DNA from: Rhizaria sp. SCN 62-66
Lineage: Eukaryota
Assembly: GCA_001724265.1 (NCBI GenBank)
Contig: MEDY01000123.1
Location: 1-64,000, forward strand
Direction of reading: 5' to 3'
DNA: 64,000 nucleotides
Part shown: in pieces, positions 24,858-36,691 of the stretch
Position numbering within the stretch: position 1 is the stretch's first letter
How the letters are laid out: every line of letters begins with the position of its first letter
Made by a program: the position numbers and the translations under genes
Notes under the pieces: model-generated
Seen by the model: only the letters and a program-made list of their open reading frames with translations
The model's database searches: none
What the model was told of the DNA's origin: nothing

Positions 24858-27643
24858 TCACTGCTTGGTCTTGTTCTTAGCCGCCTCGGCCTCGGCCGCG
24901 GCCGCTGCCTCGACCGCTGCGGCGGCCTCGCCCTCCTTCATGGCGTCGCGGAACAGCCTGGCCTGCTCCTCGATGGCGCGGCGCACCTCCTCGGGCAGCT
25001 CGCCGAGCCGCTCGTCGTTGCCGGCCATGGCGGCGTCGCGCGCGGCGGCCTCCTTCTTGGCGTGCTCAGCGAAGAGCTTGCCGAAGAAGGCGCGCGTGGC
25101 GTCGACACGCCGCAGCACCTTGACCGCGGCGGCCGCCGAGGCTACGGCCTGCGTGGACATCATCGGGACCAGGTCGGCGAGCTCGCTGCCCATGAGCGTC
25201 GACACCACGTCCTCGTTGTCCACGCCCACGTCGCGCGCAGACGTGTTGCCCTGCCCGCCCAGCGCGCCCTTGCCCGCCGCGTCCGCCGGCTGCTGCTGCT
25301 GCTGCTGCTCCTGGGGCGACTGCTGCTGCTGCTGAGTGAAGAGCTGGCGCATCGACGCGTCGCGCTCTTCGGCCGCGCTGCTGCCGCGCTTGCCCTTCTT
25401 GCGGAACACCAGCACATCCTCCTCCTCTTCCTTCTCCTTTTCGGCCTCAGCCTCCTTGACAGCCTGGGCGACTAGGTCTACCTCGTCCGCGTCATCGACC
25501 ACGGCGGCGCCGAACTTGACGCGGTGCTGCGCGTGGAGCGCGGCGGCGGCGTCGGCGACGGCCTCAGCCGAGTTGAGCGGCGACTCGGGCTCCACGAAGC
25601 GCGTGTTGCGGTCCAGCCCCATGATCGACATGAGGTTTGCGTCCGTCACGGTGCCCGACCCGGCGAGCGCTTGCGCCTCGGCCTTGTACGCCTCCTTGAG
25701 CACCTGCACGTACGTCTCGCTGGCTTTGGGCGCGCGCGCGTTCTTGGGCAGCGCGACCTGCGCCACCGCGCGCAGCGTCTTGGACGCCTCGGACATGACG
25801 CCCATGAAGTTCTGCGGCGAATGGACCAGCGCAAACTTGGCGACCTCCTCGTACGTCGCGCAGGCCCCAGGGACCTGGAAGAGGTCGACATGGACCGAGG
25901 CCAGCGCGAGCATCACGTTGACCAGGTCCACGGCCGTCGCGTCGAGAGTCTCTTTGAGCGCGTCGGCCGGCAGCAGGTACAACCGCGTCAGGAAGCCAGG
26001 CGCCGCGCCGTGCGTTTGCGTCTAGAGAGGAGAGAGTCGAGGGCACAGCAAGAACAGACAAAACAAGAGGTAAACAAATCACCGTGAGCAAGTGAAAAAA
26101 AATTAACAAATGCTGACCAATACCATCGCATTCCCATCAATGAATAGTGCTTCTGCTGTCGGGACGTACGGGCGAGTTGAGCGCGGAGGCGAGCGGGAGC
26201 GTGACGGCGAGCGCGCGGCCCGGGTTAGCGTGCTGCGTGGCCAAGATGTCGATCAGCGAGCGGTACTCAAGCGCGATGGCCACCAGCGCGGCGCGCGCGT
26301 TGGCCCACTGGCGCTGCCGGTGCAGCAGCACGGCACCGCGGAACCGACAGCCCAGCGAGGTGCGGAACGCCGTCAGCGCGTCCGAGACGAGCTGCGCCGC
26401 GCGCTCGGAGTCGGCGGGCGCGAGCGGCAGCGTGGCATTGGCGCCGTTGGCCGTCGAGAGCCCGCGCGCGGCAGCGGCGTCGTCGGTGATGGCCTTGATG
26501 CCCGCCGAGGCGCGCGAGACGGCGGTGATGAAGACGGCGGCTGCGGCGTCGATCTCGGCCGCCGCGGGCGCCAGCGCGCCTGTCAGCTCGTAGGCCGTCG
26601 CGCACTCCATGTGCACCATGGCCACCTGCGCGGGCGACACGGACTACAGCAGGCAAAAAAAAGAAGCAACAGGAAACAAGAGACAATAAGGTGTAGTTCG
26701 ATCAAGTTGACGATTGCCAATATATCTCATGATTTACTCAACATTTAACAAGCACACACTTCGCAATACATCGATTCCAGTCCATTTGTGCTGGCTTTTG
26801 GTTGCGGCGTACCTGGTGACGCTTGAGCTCGGGCAGCAGCGGGAGGAAGATGTGCAGCGCGTCGTCGCAGCGGCCCTTGCGCGTCAGACACGAGCCCAGG
26901 TTGGCCATGGCCAGTGCGCGGTAGGGGGTCGTAGTCGCGATGTGCGCCGTCACTAGCGCGGCCTCGCGGAAGCACCGCTCGGCGGCGTCCAGGTCGGGCG
27001 CCGTGCCCAGCTGCAGCAGCTCCATGCCGCGCGTGTTGAGCTCGGACCAGCGCCGCGCCAGCGTCAGCGCGTCGAACTCCGTCTCCACCACGCCGTGCGC
27101 GCTCGCGCCCGTCGCGGCAGACACCGCCGCCGCGGCGGCCGCAGTCGCGTCGGCGCTAGCGCTGGGGGCGGCGGCGGCGGCTGCGGTCGAGAAGGGCGAG
27201 GAGGTGAAGAAGGCGGCCGAGGCGGTGGCGGTGGCCGTGGAGGCGGCGGAGGAGTTGGCCGTCGCAAACGAGTGCAAAGCAAAGGCGTGGCGGCGGAGGG
27301 CCGCGCGGCGCATGAAGCGGCGGGAGCGCGCGGCCAGCAGACTTGACGTAGAGCTCACCGACACATCGGCAGAGGCAGAGGCAGCGGCTGAGGCGGTGGT
27401 AGAAAGCGATGCGGAGGGGATCGTGGCGAGAGGACTCAGCAGCGATGAGATGTTCGTCGTGGCCGTCGCAGAGCGCGCGCGCGCGGCCGCCGCGGACGAG
27501 TACGCAGCGCACGGCGCGGCGGCGACGACGGCAGAGACGGATGATGACACAGCAGCAGTGGTCTTGACTGTGGCAGCGACCGTGGCGGCGACGGGGGACG
27601 CAACGCGGCTCGTGCGCGATACAGCGCGGGCAAAGCGGTGCAT
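24858..27643 (-). CDS. ~820 aa TPR-containing protein with a mitochondrial-presequence-like N-terminus; 3 exons (27643-26813, 26643-26170, 26021-24858)
   Basis: MHRFARAVSRTSRVAS... is Arg/Ala/Ser-rich and acid-poor. TPR-like ELNTRGMELLQLG...DAAERCFREA and ALAMANLGSCLTRKGRCDDALHIF. Phase-0 introns 26812-26644 (GTACGC..TAG) and 26169-26022 (GTACGT..TAG) keep the frame. Ends TGA. Confidence 0.7.
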
Positions 27644-28105
27644 GACTCCCGGTGGTCTAAATGTGGGGGTATGAGACGTCGTTGAGGAGCGAGCAGAGGT
27701 AGGTAATGAGTGGTGTTCAAAGAGCAGTGCGGACTTCAGCGTGTGAAGTACAAAACAAGGCATATCATCGTTATAATGAATCACTTTAGAGATGCGGTAA
27801 AATAAAAATGTACAAAAGTGACACTGAATATAATATTTGCAATTGATGTTGGCAATGACGGAAGAATACTGTCGAGTGCGAGGATACAATGGTCGACTCT
27901 GGATGTTTCCAGTCAAGAGCGAGAGCGATCTGCCTGACTGCTCAAGACCCTCGTGGAACTCAGTCACAGTCACCCATATATCGAAGTACAGAGATAAATA
28001 TACCGATATGCAGATGCAATCTACAACAATATACTCGTTTTTAAATACGATTTCTCACAATCCCTTCTTAACCTCTTGAAACGACCCATTTCTGTCTGTA
28101 GCTCG

Positions 28106-28472
28106 ATGAGCACCCAGGGCATCGACGCTGCCTACGCGCGTCTCAACGCATCTATGGAGGGCCTCTCGCGCGGTATGGACGGCCTCGCCGTCAGTGCGGG
28201 CAAGTTGCAGGCGATTCATGAAAATGAGAAGCACATGGCGGTCACTTTCAGCTCCCTGTACGTCTCCCAGCTAACTGCCCGAAGTATGCAACTCTCTAAC
28301 GGCTACTTTCTCTCGCCACTCACACTCTGACCATGCCTCTCACTCTTGCTCATTTCTTATTTGTCTCCGCAGATTTTCCTCCCTGCCCAACCTGCACGAG
28401 TGGATCCAGGCCGAGGAAGCCGGCTCCGCGGCCGCTGCCGGCGCCGGCGCTGCCTCTGCCTCGGCTCAGTGA
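28106..28472 (+). CDS. Small 83 aa helical protein, possibly a Dam1 (DASH complex) subunit-like protein; 2 exons (28106-28257, 28373-28472)
   Basis: Intron GTACGT(28258)..CAG(28372) gives MSTQGIDAAYARLNASMEGLSRGMDGLAVSAGKLQAIHENEKHMAVTFSSLFSSLPNLHEWIQAEEAGSAAAAGAGAASASAQ*, with coding-type codon usage. The L..M..L......LQ.IHE.......F.S....L pattern recalls the Dam1 domain (from memory, not searched). Confidence 0.6.
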
Positions 28473-28713
28473 GCCACATTCATGTCAAATTTGGCATAAC
28501 ACTGCCTCTCGCGGCGTTGACATCGACGTTACCAAGATTCATTTGCTACATAGTTTTCCCTCTCAATAAATACTGTTTATTTCCTTTGTAAATTGTCCTA
28601 TATATGCGTTTCTGTCTATATATTGCGGTATTAATTTCTACGTCCCTAGGTGCTAGTTGTGTGTCAAGCGATTTGCTTAGGTTCTTATGAGTGCGAGTTT
28701 TGGGGCTCAGTGT

Positions 28714-31464
28714 TTAATACAGGTCCATCTCGTCCCGACTCCACCCCCACTCGCGATCACGGCGCAATTCTTCGCCGTCGCTGTCAAACCCACTGTTTTC
28801 CGCAGCGTCACCATCATCATGATTATCATTGGAGTCGTTGTCATCGTCATCATCATCAGACCAACAGCTCTTAAACTCTTCCACACCCACACAGCTGCTG
28901 CTTCCACGACTGGCGGTCAAGCCGCTGTCTTGCCGCCGTCGCATTTCCTGCATTCGTGTCGCAATAGCGACCGCCCTCTCGACCGCGGCCGCGACCCCCG
29001 CCTCATCCGCGGCCACGGGCGCCTCATCAGTCCAGCAGGGATGGTTCAGTGCGGCGCGGGCGCTGGGCCGCAAACGAGGGTCAGGGCTCAGCAGCGCGCG
29101 CAGCAGCGCCAGCGCCCGCGGGCCCAGCGGGGGCTACTGAGACTGAGACTGAGACTGTAGCTGAGGCTGTAGCTGAGGCTGGGGCTGCGACTGTGACTCT
29201 AAAGGACTGGACACATGACTGTGACTTGTGAGTGTGGGGTTAAACGTCGCGGGAGTAACAGCCTTGAGCAGGGCTTGCGTGAAACGGCTCTCATGGTCAT
29301 CATTCTCATTCGTAATCTCAATGAGACTGTCCGTCGCGCTCGAGCTGGCGCCGCCAGCCACAGCCACGGGAGCTACTGCATCATCACTGTCACCAGCTTT
29401 AGTCTTCGCTTTGGCAGCCTTCGCTCCAGCTTTAGCTGCTGCTGTGGCCCTGGCCGCCGCCAGCACCATCTCGACGGCGACCGCCATGCCGGAGCTTTCT
29501 TCGCAGATTGGGCCCGTCTGTGCGCCCGCGAGCGACTGCGCCCCCGACTCGGAGTGCCGCGACTGCTGCTGCGGCGCTTGCTGCGCCGGCACCGCCAGGT
29601 CCCCGGTGAGCGCGACTATCCGCTGCAGCTGCCGCCATTCGGTGTCCGCGCGCATCAGGGGCCGGCCGCCGCGCAGGAGTTCGGCCCACACGCAGCCCGC
29701 GGCCCAGAGGTCCACCGCACAGCGGCCGTGAGCAGCTGCGTCAGAGCCCGCGGCGTAGTCCGCGGCCGCGTCAGCGGCAGCGTCAGCCTCCGCGTCAGAG
29801 TGACTGTGGACAGGGAAGTCTGAGTGACCGTGGGCAGCCGAGCCGGCGGGGACGGTGCGCGGGTGAGCGACGCACGGGGAGGCGAGGGGATGGGGCGCCA
29901 GGGACGGCAACAGCAGCTCCGGGGGCCGGTACCACAGCGTGACCGCGGGCAGCGTGACCGCGGGCAACGTTACCGTGTGCGCGCTGACGGGCACTGCATC
30001 GCCCTTGCCCACAGCCACCGCGCCGTCGTCGCGCACGGCCCGCGCCCCGCCCCAGTCCGCGAGCTTGGCGGCGCCGGCGCGCGCGACGAGCAGATTGTAG
30101 GGCTTGACGTCCCAGTGCGCAAGGCCGTGGGCGTGGGCGTGGACCAACGCGCGCAGCAGCTGCCGCACGAGGCCCTTGGCCACGGCCCCGGGGCTGGGCG
30201 CGGCGGGGAGACCGGTGAACAGCGCAGTGTCGCAGCGATCGGCCTCGCGCGCCGTGACAGTGCTCTCGACCGCGCAGTCCACCGAGTTAACCGACAGCGT
30301 GCTTGGTGCGAGCGCGAGAGTGCGGACGAGAGTCGCCGCGTCGGTGGCGCACGACTCGAGGCACAGGAACACCGAGCCGGGCCGGGGGCGGAAGGCCCGG
30401 CTGCGCTTGAGCTCACTGGGGCTGTGAAAGACACCGGGCTAGAGATCGCGAGCGACCGTCGCAGTGAACGTCGCATCCCCGTTATCTCCGTCATAAGTGT
30501 TGTTGATCTGGCTGATGGTGTCGCGCTTGGCACCATTAGTCACAAACTCGTGTTTGTCAAGATAAATACAGCCAATACCGGGGGCAGCCTCCATAGCAGC
30601 ATCTGTCTCGTCATTGCCGCTCTCCAGTGCGCCAGAGTCATTTTGGGCTCCATCGTTGTCAGCGTCGCTGTCGCTCCATTCGCTCCCATCTACCGCGCTC
30701 GAGCTCGTGTCCGTCTGCGCGTCCGGAGCCGCATCTGGGACGACGAGCGCGCCCAGTCGCACGATGTTCGGGTGCGGCGCCAGAAGCCGCAGCACGGCGG
30801 CCTCCCTGACGGCCGCTGCGCACAGCCCGTTGCTGTCATCGCGACGGTGACCGTGACTGTGACTGTAGCTCTGGCTATCGACAGCTGCGTCGCGATTGCT
30901 GCTGTCATTGCTATCCCCGACAGCCGTGTTGCTGACTGTTTTGTTGTCGTTGTTGCTCATGTCCAAAGGCAGCGTCACAGCACCCACTTTGAGCGCTGTC
31001 TTTGCAGCCGCCACCGCCTCAGCGCGCTAGTCGTCACCAGACCGCGTGAGAAATGAAGCCGCAATGCCCAGTATGCCCATGCCGCCGCCGCCGCCAGTAT
31101 CACCGCGGCCGTCTCCGTAGTCCGCCTCTGTCTCGTCCAGCACGCGCTTGAGAGCGTAGACGCGGCCAGTGGCGCGGAGGCGCGCGCGCGTCACTTCACC
31201 GTACGTGCCAGCGGCGATGAGGTGCATGAAGCGGAACCGCGAGAGCGGGACCACCGGGATAAAGAGCGCAGTCGCCGTCGGCTCATTGTTGGCAACTGCA
31301 TTGGCACTGCATGCGTTAGCTGATGATGGTAAAGCTGGTGGAACAGCATCCCGGTCGCTGCGGTCGCGCGCGGTGCGCCAAGAGTTTTCCGTTGCCGCTT
31401 CTATCGTGACAGCATGCACGGTGCGGGTCTTCTAATCGAGGTTTGTGGCTGTGAAGCGGTCCAT
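28714..31464 (-). CDS. CDK-like (CMGC) protein kinase, ~916 aa, with four in-frame TAG codons and long insertions; an upstream exon may exist
   Basis: One continuous frame from ATG 31464 (MDRF) to TAA 28714 if TAG at 31434-32, 31029-27, 30441-39 and 29136-34 is read as sense. Subdomains in order: IAAGTYGEV..YALKRV | AVREAAVLRLLAPHPNIVRL | VFLCLE, HWDVKPYNLL, LADWG, VTLWYRPPELLL, DLWAAGCVWAEL | LLRALLSPDPRLRPSARAALNHP. Confidence 0.88.
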
Positions 31465-32430
31465 CGCGACCACTGGGTCAGACTGGGGGCGTTGCAGAAC
31501 CTGGAAGAGAAGCAAGACAGACACGTTAAAAAGTACAATTACGATGGACTACATAAAGTAAGCATAGACGTCGTTCGGTAGAACAGTAAAACATTTAACG
31601 ATCAGGATATGTCAGGGTGGATGTGACAAGTGGGCTGGCGAACACAGATTTTTGTTTGTGGTGGCATATACAGTTCCGAAAAAAGAGTCGGGCCGCAAAG
31701 TGAAGCACGCCCGTCGCCAAAGAGCCGGGTCCGGTCCGGTTCGTTTTGTTAAACTGCAGTTACTGCTTTGCCGGTCACGGGGAACATATTTCTGGTAATG
31801 TACGCCACTGAACGTGTACATTTGTCACTTTCCTTTAAGTGGGCGCGCTGATGGGCTGCATGCGTCGTGTAAGTATCCATTTGGCGACGCCTGCATCGTC
31901 CCGGACAGTTGTCGAGGCATCTCTTGCGTCGATAGATCCGGTTCGATGCCCTTGCTCGTTTGCTTCTTAAATACGCCGGATTTATCAACAAGTTGTTGTT
32001 TTCTAGCATTAACAATGCTTATTTATCCTGTTCATATTCGTCTATGGTGCTCCCGAGCGCTTTGAGCAGTGACCACAAGTTGTTCGACCAACAACGTGCG
32101 AGCTCCAGCCGTCGACAGAGCATCAGAGAGACCAAAAAGGTTGTTGCCGTTTGAAACCGACGATATGCTCTTCACACCTCTGGAGACTTGCGACAGGCCA
32201 GTGCATGTCTCCCTGATTGGCCTCTCCTTCACCCACAAAACGGGCTTTTTGACACCTTCGCAACAAGCCCCCTCCTCAAACGGCGTCCTTTGAACTCTTT
32301 GCATAAGACCCACGCAGCATGTCTTGCCTTCCGTCCAGTGCTCTGGGGCTCTGATGACATAAATTTTTCACACTTAAATTTCTATTCCTTTGCTTTTTTT
32401 TCCTTGTGCCGCTTAGCTTCACTCTCTTTG

Positions 32431-35400
32431 ATGAGTAGCTCCTCCAAGGACACGGCCCCTGACCCGACCCAGCCTGCCGCTGTCCCCACCGTCGCCCCCA
32501 GCGCCTCGGCCTCTCTTTCCGCTGCCCCTGCGGCGCACCTGGCGTCAGGCGAGTCTGTTAAGTCAATGCGCCGTAGCTCTTCCCAGCAGAACATCGCCGG
32601 CGGCGGCAACAGCGGCGGCAAGGCCTCTGCCTCAACTTCGGCCGTGCCCTCGCGCACCGGCTCCCCCCACCTCAACAACAGCACCAGCGGCGGCCACAGC
32701 GGCGGTAGCGGCCACCACGGCGGCAGCCACGGCGCGTCGACGCTGGTGCGCGAGGTGGCTGTGCGGCCGCTGGGCCTTGAGGTCGGCAAGACGGTCCCCA
32801 CGGCGCACTTCGAGTACACGTTTAAGAGCGACCGGCGCCACGCGCAGCAGCAGCAGCGCGACTCGCTGCAGCAGCAGCACGAGGCGCAGCTCCACCTTGC
32901 CGCCGAGCACGCGCAGTCGCAGGCACAGGCACAGGCCGCCGCCGCCGCCGCGGCCGCGCACGCGCACGCGCTGGCCATCGCGCGCCGCGTCGCCGGCAGC
33001 ACCCCTCCGCCCACGCACTCGCACGCGCACGCGCACGGCTTCAGCAGCGGCCGCGGGACGCCCCCGCTGCCGCCCTCGGTCACCGGGCTTGCACTCTCGG
33101 CCGCGGCGGGCGCGACCACGGCCGTGCTGTCGGGTGCACGCGCCGCAACGCCCCCGCACTCGCCGACGGTGCCCACCGCGGCCGACCCCGACGTCATCGC
33201 CGCCGCCGCCGCCGCGGCTGGGGGCGACGCGGGCGGGCTTGGCGCCGCGGCCGCGCCAGAGGAGGTTGCCGCAGCGGCCGCCATGTTTGCCAACGCGGCC
33301 GCCGCCGCTGCCGCCGCCGCCGCCGCCGCGGCGTCGCCCGCGCTCTCGTACCGCTCCGGCTCTGCCGGCACCGCGCCCGCGCTGCACGTGCCCGGCCACG
33401 GCCACGGCGGCCACGGCTACAGCCACAGCCACGGGTACTCCCAGGGGTTCTCGTTCAACACGGCCGGCATGAGCAACAGCAACAGCGTCAGCGGCAACGG
33501 CGTCTTGCCGGGCAGCAGCAGCAGCTGCGGGCTGACCGTGCCGACTGTGCTGCGCTCCCCGGTCCCGCTGCCGTCGTCCACGGCCGCTGCGGCCGCGCTG
33601 GCCGCCGCGGCCGCCGCGTCGGGCTCGGCGCCCAGCGCTGCCTACGACGCCGTGGCCGCCGCCGTGGCCGCCGCCGTTGCCGACGCCGCCGATGCTAACT
33701 CCGGCAAGACCGCCTCTGGCGCCGCCTCTTGCAGCGCTGGCCCTGCCACTGCGGGCGCCGCCGGCGCGGGCCATGGCAGCGGCACCGTGGACACGGCGGT
33801 GCTGGTGCAGGCGCTGATGCGCACGCTCGCCCAGCAGGGCCTGCTGTCCCCGCCCTCGGGCGGCGCGCCCGGCGCCGCCGGCGTCGGCGGCAGCGACGGC
33901 GGGGCGCTCCACATGCTCCCCACGTGCTCCACGCCCGGGCTGCCCGACGCGACCGGCAACGCGGTTGCTGCCGCCGCGGCCAGCGCTGCCGCGGCCGCCG
34001 CCGTGGCCGCGCACACCGCCGGCGCCGCGGGCGTGGGCGCGGCGGCCCCATCGCTGCCGCCGCTGCCGCGCACGGCCACGCCCACGCCCAGCTCTCCCAG
34101 CGTTGCGCCCGGCACGCCGCCCTCCTCGGGCTACTCTGCGGCGCACGCCGCGGCTGCTGCTGCGCAGTCTGGCGTCGCGGCCGCGGCGACGGGCTCGGCA
34201 TCCTCCCAGCCTGCCGCGCCCGCCGCCGCCGCCGCCGCTGCTGCTGCCGCTGCTGCATCGTCGAGCGTTGCTGGCGCTGCAGGCAATGCGTCTGCAGCTG
34301 CTGCCGCCGCTGCCGCTGCTGCGAGCGCCGCCGCGGCCGCAGCATCGCGGCGCCCGCTGGTGGTGTTCAAGATCGGCTCGAGCAGCATCAGCAACAGTGA
34401 GGGCCGTCTCTCGTTGAACCTGCTGTCGTCGTTCGTGGAGATGGTGTGCGACATGCGCCGCGACGGCTACGACGTTGTCATCATCACCTCTGGCGCCGTC
34501 TCCGTCGGCTGCCAGCGCCTCGGCTTGCGCGAGCGCCCCAAGCACGTCGTGACGAAGCAGGCCGTGGCGGCCGTGGGGCAGGGCCGGCTGATGCGGCTGT
34601 ACGACGACCTCTTCTCGCTGCTGGGCCAGCCCATCGCGCAGCTGCTGCTGTCGCGCGAGAACCTGGCGCAAGAGCACCACTACCTCAACGCGCTCAACAC
34701 CTTCCGCGAGCTGCTGCGCATGGGCATCGTGCCCGTCGTCAACGAGAACGACACGGTCGCCGTGCAGGAGCTGCGCTTCGGCGACAACGACACGCTCTCT
34801 GCGCTCGTCGCCGCCATCGTGCAGGCCAACTGGCTCTTCCTGCTGACCGACGTCGACGCGCTCTACACGGCGAACCCGCGCACGGACCCCAGCGCGCGCG
34901 CCGTGCGCGTGGTGCCTGACGTCAACGCGCTCTCTGTCGACACCGGCGACGGCGGTGCGCTCTCTGGCAAGTGGGGCACGGGCGGCATGGCCACCAAGCT
35001 GCAGGCGGCATCGATCGCCACGGCCGCGGGCGTGCGCACCGCCGTGTGCTCCACCGAGCGCCTGGGCGACATCAAGCGCATGCTGGCGGGGCACACCGAC
35101 GTGGGCACGCAATTCGTGCCCGCGCCCGTGGTGCTTTCGGGCCGCAAGAAGTGGATCGCCATCGGCCTCGCACCCGTCGGCAACGTCACCATCGACGACG
35201 GCGCCATCGAGGGTGTCGTCAAGAAGCGTTCGCTCTTCGCTGCTGGCATCTGCACCGTCGTCGGCAAGTTTCCCGCCAACTCGGCCGTCCGCATCCTCGC
35301 CCGCAACGGCGCCGAGATCGGCCGCGGCCTGACTTTGTACTCGTCGCGCGAGCTGAACCTGATTAAGGGGCTGCACTCGGACTCGTACGCGCAGCGCCTG

Positions 35401-36009
35401 GGCTACAACGGGCCCGCCGCAGTGATCCACCGCGAGAATCTCGCGCTCTTCCCCGCGGCCTACTCTTACAAGGCCGACCCCAACAGCGCGGCCGCTGTGC
35501 GCGCGCCGGGCGGGCTGGCGCAGGGCCGCACGCGCGCCGGCTCCAGCTCCGCCACCCATGCGAGCGCGGGCGCGGGCGAGGAGCGCGGCAAGCGCAGTCT
35601 GCGCTTCAACCTGCCCCACGACGTCACGGGCGGCCACCACAGCGGCGCAGACAGCGACTCGGACGCCTCGCACGGCCACCACCACGGGAGTGGCGCGGCT
35701 CGCCGCGGCAGCAATAGCTGCGGCGACAACAACCCCTGCGTGAACACGGGCGCCGGCGCTGACGGTGCAAACGGCTCGGGCGTCGAGTGCTGCGAGGACA
35801 TCGTGAGCCCCGTGAGCGTTGACGCGGCCTCCCCCGTCGTTACCGTTACCGCGGCCGACAGCGCCGTGTCTGGCGGCAACGGCAGCGCCGGCGCGGGCGC
35901 GGGCATCGGCGGCGAGGTTGACGCACCGTTCCTGCGCTCGCTGGCCGGCGGCGTCGAGGTGCTGATGCGGCCCGACTCGCGCATGTCCAACGCCAGCAGT
36001 TCGCAGTGA
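32431..36009 (+). CDS. proB: Glutamate 5-kinase (amino-acid kinase + PUA domains) with a ~640 aa low-complexity N-terminal extension
   Basis: VVFKIGSSS, VIITSGAV, KQAVAAVGQGRLM, VPVVNENDTV...FGDNDTLSALVA, LLTDVDALY, GTGGMATK, followed by a PUA region (RKKWI...IDDGA...SLFAAGI...IHRENL). Start codon uncertain. Ends TGA. Confidence 0.93.
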   Translation: MSSSSKDTAPDPTQPAAVPTVAPSASASLSAAPAAHLASGESVKSMRRSSSQQNIAGGGNSGGKASASTSAVPSRTGSPHLNNSTSGGHSGGSGHHGGSHGASTLVREVAVRPLGLEVGKTVPTAHFEYTFKSDRRHAQQQQRDSLQQQHEAQLHLAAEHAQSQAQAQAAAAAAAAHAHALAIARRVAGSTPPPTHSHAHAHGFSSGRGTPPLPPSVTGLALSAAAGATTAVLSGARAATPPHSPTVPTAADPDVIAAAAAAAGGDAGGLGAAAAPEEVAAAAAMFANAAAAAAAAAAAAASPALSYRSGSAGTAPALHVPGHGHGGHGYSHSHGYSQGFSFNTAGMSNSNSVSGNGVLPGSSSSCGLTVPTVLRSPVPLPSSTAAAAALAAAAAASGSAPSAAYDAVAAAVAAAVADAADANSGKTASGAASCSAGPATAGAAGAGHGSGTVDTAVLVQALMRTLAQQGLLSPPSGGAPGAAGVGGSDGGALHMLPTCSTPGLPDATGNAVAAAAASAAAAAAVAAHTAGAAGVGAAAPSLPPLPRTATPTPSSPSVAPGTPPSSGYSAAHAAAAAAQSGVAAAATGSASSQPAAPAAAAAAAAAAAASSSVAGAAGNASAAAAAAAAAASAAAAAASRRPLVVFKIGSSSISNSEGRLSLNLLSSFVEMVCDMRRDGYDVVIITSGAVSVGCQRLGLRERPKHVVTKQAVAAVGQGRLMRLYDDLFSLLGQPIAQLLLSRENLAQEHHYLNALNTFRELLRMGIVPVVNENDTVAVQELRFGDNDTLSALVAAIVQANWLFLLTDVDALYTANPRTDPSARAVRVVPDVNALSVDTGDGGALSGKWGTGGMATKLQAASIATAAGVRTAVCSTERLGDIKRMLAGHTDVGTQFVPAPVVLSGRKKWIAIGLAPVGNVTIDDGAIEGVVKKRSLFAAGICTVVGKFPANSAVRILARNGAEIGRGLTLYSSRELNLIKGLHSDSYAQRLGYNGPAAVIHRENLALFPAAYSYKADPNSAAAVRAPGGLAQGRTRAGSSSATHASAGAGEERGKRSLRFNLPHDVTGGHHSGADSDSDASHGHHHGSGAARRGSNSCGDNNPCVNTGAGADGANGSGVECCEDIVSPVSVDAASPVVTVTAADSAVSGGNGSAGAGAGIGGEVDAPFLRSLAGGVEVLMRPDSRMSNASSSQ

Positions 36010-36691
36010 GCGGGCAGCCATTCGCGTGAGGACGTGCCACTATGAGTCGCATCGCACTCGCGCACGTTTCGTACCAGTACTATTTTGTTCGCCGTGTTGT
36101 GCGTTATTTTGGTGTGCAACGTTTGATGGACCTTTGTTTACGAAAAAACGTACATTTTGTATCGACTGTACATATCTGCTTTCACAATGACTACCGTTTC
36201 CTTCTTTTATCACATGATTATCTTCACACAAACATCTGTTTTGTTTCTCTTCCCGAAGTTCACTCAGGCCCGATCTTTCATACACAATTAACCTCGGTCA
36301 CATTCATAGTTATCTGCATCGCCCTGCAATGTCTGACTTTGATCGTTTAATCAGTGACACAAGCATGTCTGCACATACAACCTGTTATGCTCGGGTTGCG
36401 AGGTTACTTTGGAACTTAATCAGTGCGCGTGCCCATGACTCACCATGGTTACAGCATCGACGAATGATGCTCGTAGTTACAAAGGCTGCGTTGTTAGAGT
36501 ATCAATATACAGAAACGACTTATTGTCGTGTTGTGAGACGGTAGTTCTTGGTCTACTTGATAGCGTGAATGCAGCGAGGTTGGATGAAATGCTGGTGTCC
36601 AGGTTGCTTTGCGCTTGGCGGTGACGTGGCCCTTGATAGCGCCGCCGCGTTTGCACTGACTGATCTTTAAGTCATTCACGTTCACCAGTAA

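Noticed and set aside
32632-36021. Long antisense or alternate-frame ORFs (for example 1129 aa opposite proB, 739 aa at 55973-58192, 541 aa at 14666-16291)
   Set aside because: These are shadow ORFs expected from very GC-rich, codon-biased exons. They have no recognisable motifs and overlap well-supported genes.
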